Shown in pieces: positions 59,386 through 64,000 of a DNA stretch of 64,000 bases. Under the pieces are notes generated by a model. The model saw nothing but the letters and a program-made list of their open reading frames with translations, was not told the origin of the DNA and made no database searches. Position 1 is the stretch's first letter. Each line of letters opens with the position of its first letter. The DNA is taken from IMG/VR virus record IMGVR_UViG_3300015360_000023, positions 1 to 64,000 of that record; one strand, written 5' to 3'. The DNA is from a virus. Lineage: Duplodnaviria; Caudoviricetes. A program made the translations under genes and the position numbers.

Positions 59386-59765
59386 CTGACATTGAATTGC
59401 TGAATAAAATCACGCAATGGCGTTTTGTCGATAATTTTTTCAGGCTCAACTACTACACCTTCAGAGTCGATAGGCTTATCTATAAGCTTACCTAAAAATT
59501 TGATCATTTCAAAATTATCAATATTCTTTCTCATATGAACCCAAGAATAAGTGTCAAAAATCTTATCTGGTTCTTCAAAAGCAAAAATGCCTTGGACTTT
59601 TTCATAAGCTAAACCCGATGTATGCCCAAATAAATCTTTGCCTTTAGGTTGAGCGCGGTAGAAAATCTGAGAATTTTCCTTTGGGACTTCAGGAATTGTT
59701 TCTTGTGCTAGTTTTTCAAACAGTATTGCCTGTTTAAGAATACTATCAGATCTTATTTGTTTCAT
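59382..59765 (-). CDS. Small protein with an ADP-ribosyltransferase-like motif order (tentative)
   Basis: IFYRAQ...HTSG...GIFAF...SEGVVV. N-terminal ILKQAILFEKLAQ. The ORF is well supported, the fold is speculative. Confidence 0.4.
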   Translation of the reverse strand: MKQIRSDSILKQAILFEKLAQETIPEVPKENSQIFYRAQPKGKDLFGHTSGLAYEKVQGIFAFEEPDKIFDTYSWVHMRKNIDNFEMIKFLGKLIDKPIDSEGVVVEPEKIIDKTPLRDFIQQFNVS

Positions 59766-59770
59766 ACACA

Positions 59771-59790
59771 AATGTGAATTTATTCACATT
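59771..59790 (-). promoter_or_regulatory. Perfect 9-bp inverted repeat containing a minus-strand ATA-N7-ATT motif
   Basis: aatgtgaat-tt-attcacatt. The minus strand reads AATA-aattcac-ATT just upstream of ATG 59765. Confidence 0.5.
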
Positions 59791-60403
59791 AGCGCTCAGT
59801 TTTTCGTCTCTCGTAAGATGGCGTTAAATGTAGGATATCAGGTTTCTTGGCAAGCTTGTAGAATAGATCTACCCTTTGCATAAGCATAGAGTGCTTGTGT
59901 TTCTCTGGTCCTTTTAGAGGGAACGTGATAAAGATACGGTCATCTCCATGGTCCCCGCCCCATAGGACGACCTCTTGAACAGAGAATTCAACCTCATCGA
60001 TGTCAGATTCTTCAATCTCTTCATCATGATAGGCTAGAGTTACATGTGGTTTGTAATCTTTGAAGTTCTTAGCAAAATCAATATGTTCTTTATCAAAGTG
60101 CTTTGCCAATTCATCACGTAATTCATGAAGTTCGGCGGATTTGACTGGAGCAATAAGGGCGCACTTATCTCCATGTTTAGGAAAGCAGGTTACTTTATCA
60201 ATAGATACACGAAATGGTTTTATTTTTGAAACAACATCATAAGTGCTTTCTAAAGCCTTAGAGATTTCAGAAATAGGCCAATTATCTTCAAAGCATAGAA
60301 GAGTAATGTGATATTCGGATGGCCCCTCTTTTTCACCGGGTACGTCAACTCCTGCTAATAAGCGCCCTGTTTCATGAGGGACTCGAATTCCTAAAAATGC
60401 CAT
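59789..60403 (-). CDS. 2H phosphoesterase (RNA 2',3'-cyclic phosphodiesterase/LigT or Acb1-like)
   Basis: Two HxT motifs, EYHITLL and KPHVTLAY, with typical spacing. C-terminal extension LMQRVDLFYKLAK. Confidence 0.88.
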   Translation of the reverse strand: MAFLGIRVPHETGRLLAGVDVPGEKEGPSEYHITLLCFEDNWPISEISKALESTYDVVSKIKPFRVSIDKVTCFPKHGDKCALIAPVKSAELHELRDELAKHFDKEHIDFAKNFKDYKPHVTLAYHDEEIEESDIDEVEFSVQEVVLWGGDHGDDRIFITFPLKGPEKHKHSMLMQRVDLFYKLAKKPDILHLTPSYERRKTER

Positions 60404-60444
60404 GGCTCTTGTATCCTATATCTGAACGTACGTCCTGTCAAGGA

Positions 60445-60999
60445 ATGGGAAAATATGACTATTTCGCCATGTACGGTATGGCATCTAAGGATAAAAAACT
60501 TCCATTATCAGCCGTCAAAAAGCTACCCTATAAATCTTTGAATCGAATGATTAAGAAGATGAGGGAGTATCTTAAAAATGACGGTGTTGTTCAAGAAATG
60601 TTCAAAGAGTACGAAGTAGATATTGAAGAGATCGATCTAATTCCAATGCGCTTTGGTACTCTCGATGTGTCTGCAAAAACTGATCATGGTGTAATTATCT
60701 TTAATTACAAACTTTTGACTGATGGGGACTTCTTTAAAGACTTCTCTTATGGAGTTCACGAGATGACCCACTGGCTTCAGCAAACAACCGGAACAAAACC
60801 AACTAAAAGTTCTGACGAAGGAAGCTATTTGGACAATCCATTTGAGCAAGAAGGATTTCAAAACCAAGTTGAATATATTGCTAAGCAATTTGGTGAAGAT
60901 GAAGCCGAAAACTACGTAGATGATTTGTTAGATCATCATGACGTTGAAGATGATAAAGAATATGAAGAAAAGAAAGAAACCTTGATGTCCAAAGTCTGA
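60445..60999 (+). CDS. Zincin-like metallopeptidase
   Basis: GVHEMTHWLQ (HExxH) and a downstream NPFEQEG. Start uncertain (60445 or later). Confidence 0.7.
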   Translation: MGKYDYFAMYGMASKDKKLPLSAVKKLPYKSLNRMIKKMREYLKNDGVVQEMFKEYEVDIEEIDLIPMRFGTLDVSAKTDHGVIIFNYKLLTDGDFFKDFSYGVHEMTHWLQQTTGTKPTKSSDEGSYLDNPFEQEGFQNQVEYIAKQFGEDEAENYVDDLLDHHDVEDDKEYEEKKETLMSKV

Positions 61000-61008
61000 G
61001 GAGAGGCT

Positions 61009-61022
61009 AATAAATTAGAATA
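61009..61022 (+). promoter_or_regulatory. ATA-N7-ATA motif
   Basis: AATA-aattaga-ATA, 5 nt before ATG 61028. Confidence 0.5.
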
Positions 61023-61027
61023 ATAGT

Positions 61028-62992
61028 ATGCCTTTCTATCCTACACCAGTTCGTTCTGGTACATACAACGTTGCTTCGCTTGGAGATGGGTACACCATAA
61101 GTGTATCTTGGCGTCAAGCTTTTCCAACGGGTTCGGCAAACAACATTGCGTATAATATCTATTATTCAACGATTAAAGAGAACGTATTTGCTGAAGGTGC
61201 AAAATATGTTTCCATTGATGATGCTTTAGTCGCCAACATTATTGATTTGATTCCAGGTCAAGTATATTACTTCTGTGTACGCCCTATTGAGTATAATTCA
61301 AGTACTAATGATCTAAATGATTTACCTATTGCTTATGATAACCTTAGAGTTTATCCACAGAGTTTTTTAAGAGCAGATATTTCTAGTTCTGATTTGATAA
61401 TTCCATTGCTCGACGTATCTGACTTCCCTCTTTCGGGAGCTATACGAGTCGGCGCAGAAGCTATTCAATATTCTTCTATAGATGTACCAAATAACAATCT
61501 AATAGTTCCACCAGGGTCTGCGGGCTCACCTGTACAGTTAGTTGATCAAGGTGGTTCAAATTATTTCACTCCGTTTACTGGAAATACAGGCTCAGGCACC
61601 ATTGCCAGTTTAACTACCGTTCCAGCTTCTGGCGCCCCCACAGAAGATTGGAATATCATCTGTAATTTTGTGCAAAGAAACAATCTTAATGCACCAATTG
61701 TTGGTACTGCTAAGTTTATTGCAATTGGAACCCTCTCTGGACAAAAATTAGATGGATATGCGAATCCAATTGTATGGACGGCTAATGGCGGCGTTGTTTC
61801 CAATGGAGTAATTAGTTTTGCTATCAATGATGCTTCCCCAGTGTTTGTTGAAGGAGATGGCTTCCTTGTCAAAGTACAAGGCGCAGGCATTGGAGTTCCC
61901 AATGGAAGAGGATACGCCAATACTAGCGCTCGCTCTCATACGGTAGCAGGATTTGATGGATATTCTCTATATAATCCAAGTGTCTTTTTATATATTCCAG
62001 GTGATGATAGTAGTTGGGATCAAATCTTTGCATGTCAAAATCGCTTTGAATATCCAAATTATCAATACACTAATGCTGATGGATATCATCAAGTCACTAA
62101 AGACTTATTGCATGCTGCCTGGCAAGAAATGGATGCTGCCAATGTTGATTTTCCGATGTATGATTTTTCGGGTTATCATAGGACAGATCCAGTTCAACTG
62201 TTAAATGGAACTTGCGTAGGTAGTTACATTGGCGGCGAAATGGGATGCATAGATAAATACGGTAATGTGCAAATCCTAAGAGGGTTCTCATTACAAGATC
62301 AGAATACTCAACGTCAAGAAGTATTATTATCTATAACTGGACGTGATGCTATTTTAATTAAGATGGTTCATACTGGCATTACTTGCGCTTGTTATTTACC
62401 GTCTAGCGAATATCAAGATGATAGATGCCCTAAATGCTATGGAACTAAATTTGTTTATGGATATGAGCAATATTTTAATCCACGTAGTTCTAATGGTAGA
62501 ATAAAAGTTCGTCCAGGGCCAACCGCCGAAAACATCAAGCAAACTGAGGCCGGTTTAGAATCAGAGTTCCCAGTTGATTTGTGGACTTTGGCTGTTCCAA
62601 CCATTCATACTAGAGATATTATTATTCTTTTTGATCAAGATGGAATTAATGAAGAGTTTAGATATGAAATATCAGATGTAACTAGAAACAATACTATTGT
62701 TGGATTACAGGGCGGTCAACATATGAAGGCCTTGAGAATCAGAAAATATGATCCTGCGTATCAAATCAGAGTATTTAGAGATAGCTCTGAATTCCCAAGC
62801 AAGTTAAACACTAGCATTGGATTTGTGCCAGGTATTCCGCCTCACACCCATGAAATCGTAATTAGTGAGAAAATAACTTCTGTCAATCAGATTAATCAAA
62901 CTACAGCCGTTTCGCAGGGACATAACCACCCAATCGTCAATGGAGTAGTTATGGAGGCGCTTGGACACACGCACACGATTATACTTCCATGA
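61028..62992 (+). CDS. Multidomain neck/head-closure-like protein (FN3-like N-terminus, Zn finger, His-rich tail)
   Basis: SVSWRQA...YNIYYS...YYFCVRP (FN3-like), CAC...CPKCYGT and three C-terminal HxH motifs. Confidence 0.55.
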   Translation: MPFYPTPVRSGTYNVASLGDGYTISVSWRQAFPTGSANNIAYNIYYSTIKENVFAEGAKYVSIDDALVANIIDLIPGQVYYFCVRPIEYNSSTNDLNDLPIAYDNLRVYPQSFLRADISSSDLIIPLLDVSDFPLSGAIRVGAEAIQYSSIDVPNNNLIVPPGSAGSPVQLVDQGGSNYFTPFTGNTGSGTIASLTTVPASGAPTEDWNIICNFVQRNNLNAPIVGTAKFIAIGTLSGQKLDGYANPIVWTANGGVVSNGVISFAINDASPVFVEGDGFLVKVQGAGIGVPNGRGYANTSARSHTVAGFDGYSLYNPSVFLYIPGDDSSWDQIFACQNRFEYPNYQYTNADGYHQVTKDLLHAAWQEMDAANVDFPMYDFSGYHRTDPVQLLNGTCVGSYIGGEMGCIDKYGNVQILRGFSLQDQNTQRQEVLLSITGRDAILIKMVHTGITCACYLPSSEYQDDRCPKCYGTKFVYGYEQYFNPRSSNGRIKVRPGPTAENIKQTEAGLESEFPVDLWTLAVPTIHTRDIIILFDQDGINEEFRYEISDVTRNNTIVGLQGGQHMKALRIRKYDPAYQIRVFRDSSEFPSKLNTSIGFVPGIPPHTHEIVISEKITSVNQINQTTAVSQGHNHPIVNGVVMEALGHTHTIILP

Positions 62993-62996
62993 TAGC

Positions 62997-63010
62997 AATA
63001 ACCCCGTATA
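62997..63010 (+). promoter_or_regulatory. ATA-N7-ATA motif
   Basis: AATA-accccgt-ATA upstream of 63035. Confidence 0.55.
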
Positions 63011-63034
63011 ATACCAGCAAATTGAGAGTAATAA

Positions 63035-64000
63035 ATGAGTGATCCAATATCCCCCAACTTTAAGCCAGGCGTAGGTAGATTAGTTACGGACAGATTCGAT
63101 TTTCAGAATCATGTTGATGGATATAGCTTTAGGCATAAGGCTAATAATATGGATCTTTTTCCAACTGTAGTTATTAGTGCCGTCACTCATTCTAACGTTC
63201 AAAGCGCTATTGAAGCTTTAGTTGCTGTAGTTTCTCCTCCTGATATCATTGTTACCGATGCAACTTTGTTTGCAAAGGGCATCGTTCAATTAGCTGGAGA
63301 TATTGGTGGAACCGCAACTAATGTTAGAGTCACTAAGATTCAAAATTTTGCAGTTGCAAACACTGCCCCATCTTCTGGACAGGTATTGGCTTGGAACGGT
63401 GTCCAGTGGACCCCAACGACTTCCGTATCAACTTTCACGGCAGCTAATGACCTTTTTGGTAGCAACGTAACTCAAACTGTTGTCGGTATTCAAAGCAGAC
63501 CTGTCGCTAATATCCTTCCAACTAACAATCAAGTATTAACTTGGGTCGGCGCCAACTCTAGATGGGAGCCTGTTCTAAGTACTCCTACTGGAACTGGATT
63601 TGCAACATTAACTTCTGGTGCTTTTGATGGCACTGCTACCGCTAATATTCGTTATACAGGCGGCAAGTTACAAACCGACACTAATCTTCAATTTAAGAAT
63701 AGTTCTATTACTGGAGATTTAGCTTGGGCACCAACTTCTGTTAACAAAACTATTACATTGCCAAATGCTACGGATACTCTTGTTGGTTTGGCTACTACTG
63801 ATGTCCTAACTAATAAAACAGTAAACGCATCTAACAATACAATTACTGATACGAGCATTGCTACAGGAGACATTTTAATTTCTAATGGAACTAAATTTGT
63901 TCGTCAGGTAAAGGGATCTAATGGAAGTTTCTTAGGCGTATCAGGCGGCGTTGTTGGATATTATACACCAGCCAACAGCACTCCAACTGGAACTGGATTT
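63035..64000 (+). CDS. Tail fibre-like protein, truncated by the window end
   Basis: Hand-read ORF MSDPISPNFKPG...AKGIVQLAGDIGG...PSSGQVLAWNGVQW. Absent from the track, consistent with no stop before the end. Confidence 0.7.
   Translation, partial: MSDPISPNFKPGVGRLVTDRFDFQNHVDGYSFRHKANNMDLFPTVVISAVTHSNVQSAIEALVAVVSPPDIIVTDATLFAKGIVQLAGDIGGTATNVRVTKIQNFAVANTAPSSGQVLAWNGVQWTPTTSVSTFTAANDLFGSNVTQTVVGIQSRPVANILPTNNQVLTWVGANSRWEPVLSTPTGTGFATLTSGAFDGTATANIRYTGGKLQTDTNLQFKNSSITGDLAWAPTSVNKTITLPNATDTLVGLATTDVLTNKTVNASNNTITDTSIATGDILISNGTKFVRQVKGSNGSFLGVSGGVVGYYTPANSTPTGTGF

Noticed and set aside
125-60445. ORF-track start codons for several genes (107, 9116, 10060, 19649, 20460, 25555, 30346, 35131, 38083, 46836, 50992, 54731, 56251, 59771, 60319)
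   Set aside because: Downstream ATGs fit SD sequences, promoter positions or stop-start coupling better, so the starts were reassigned.
1-64000. CRISPR array, tRNA or rRNA genes
   Set aside because: No evenly spaced repeat-spacer array, cloverleaf or rRNA-like segment was seen. Intergenic gaps are short and the repeats found are in-frame coding repeats.
1-64000. Stop-codon reassignment as seen in some large phages
   Set aside because: Standard-code ORFs tile the window densely. TAA, TGA and TAG all end genes at coupled junctions, and core genes are not fragmented.

Overview
A 64 kb, AT-rich, mostly + strand segment of a large tailed-phage (Caudoviricetes-type, probably jumbo) genome covering virion morphogenesis. 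About 1-36 kb is an expanded head module: terminase large subunit, portal, an HK97-type prohead protease fused to a long scaffold, two decoration-like paralogues, the major capsid protein and about 20 unknown, often low-complexity or membrane-segment proteins. About 38-64 kb encodes fibre/spike-like proteins, neck adaptor/closure proteins and accessory enzymes. Free-standing homing endonucleases (2 GIY-YIG, 1 double HNH, 1 small HNH) are interspersed. The most interesting signals are: (i) a recurrent hydrophobic-x-K-x-A peptide near many head-module N-termini, suggesting a maturation-protease/packaging code; (ii) candidate enzyme cargo carrying that tag, namely a divergent CCA-family nucleotidyltransferase with an altered templating motif that shares a YFQGGGGVNEPTP peptide with the scaffold, a 2H phosphoesterase and an ART-like protein; (iii) an ATA-N7-ATA intergenic motif that looks like a phage-specific late promoter; (iv) SD-equipped in-frame internal starts in the protease gene. 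All calls come from by-eye motif recognition, with no database searches. No tRNA, rRNA or CRISPR array was found, and no tail sheath, tube or tape-measure gene was recognised.
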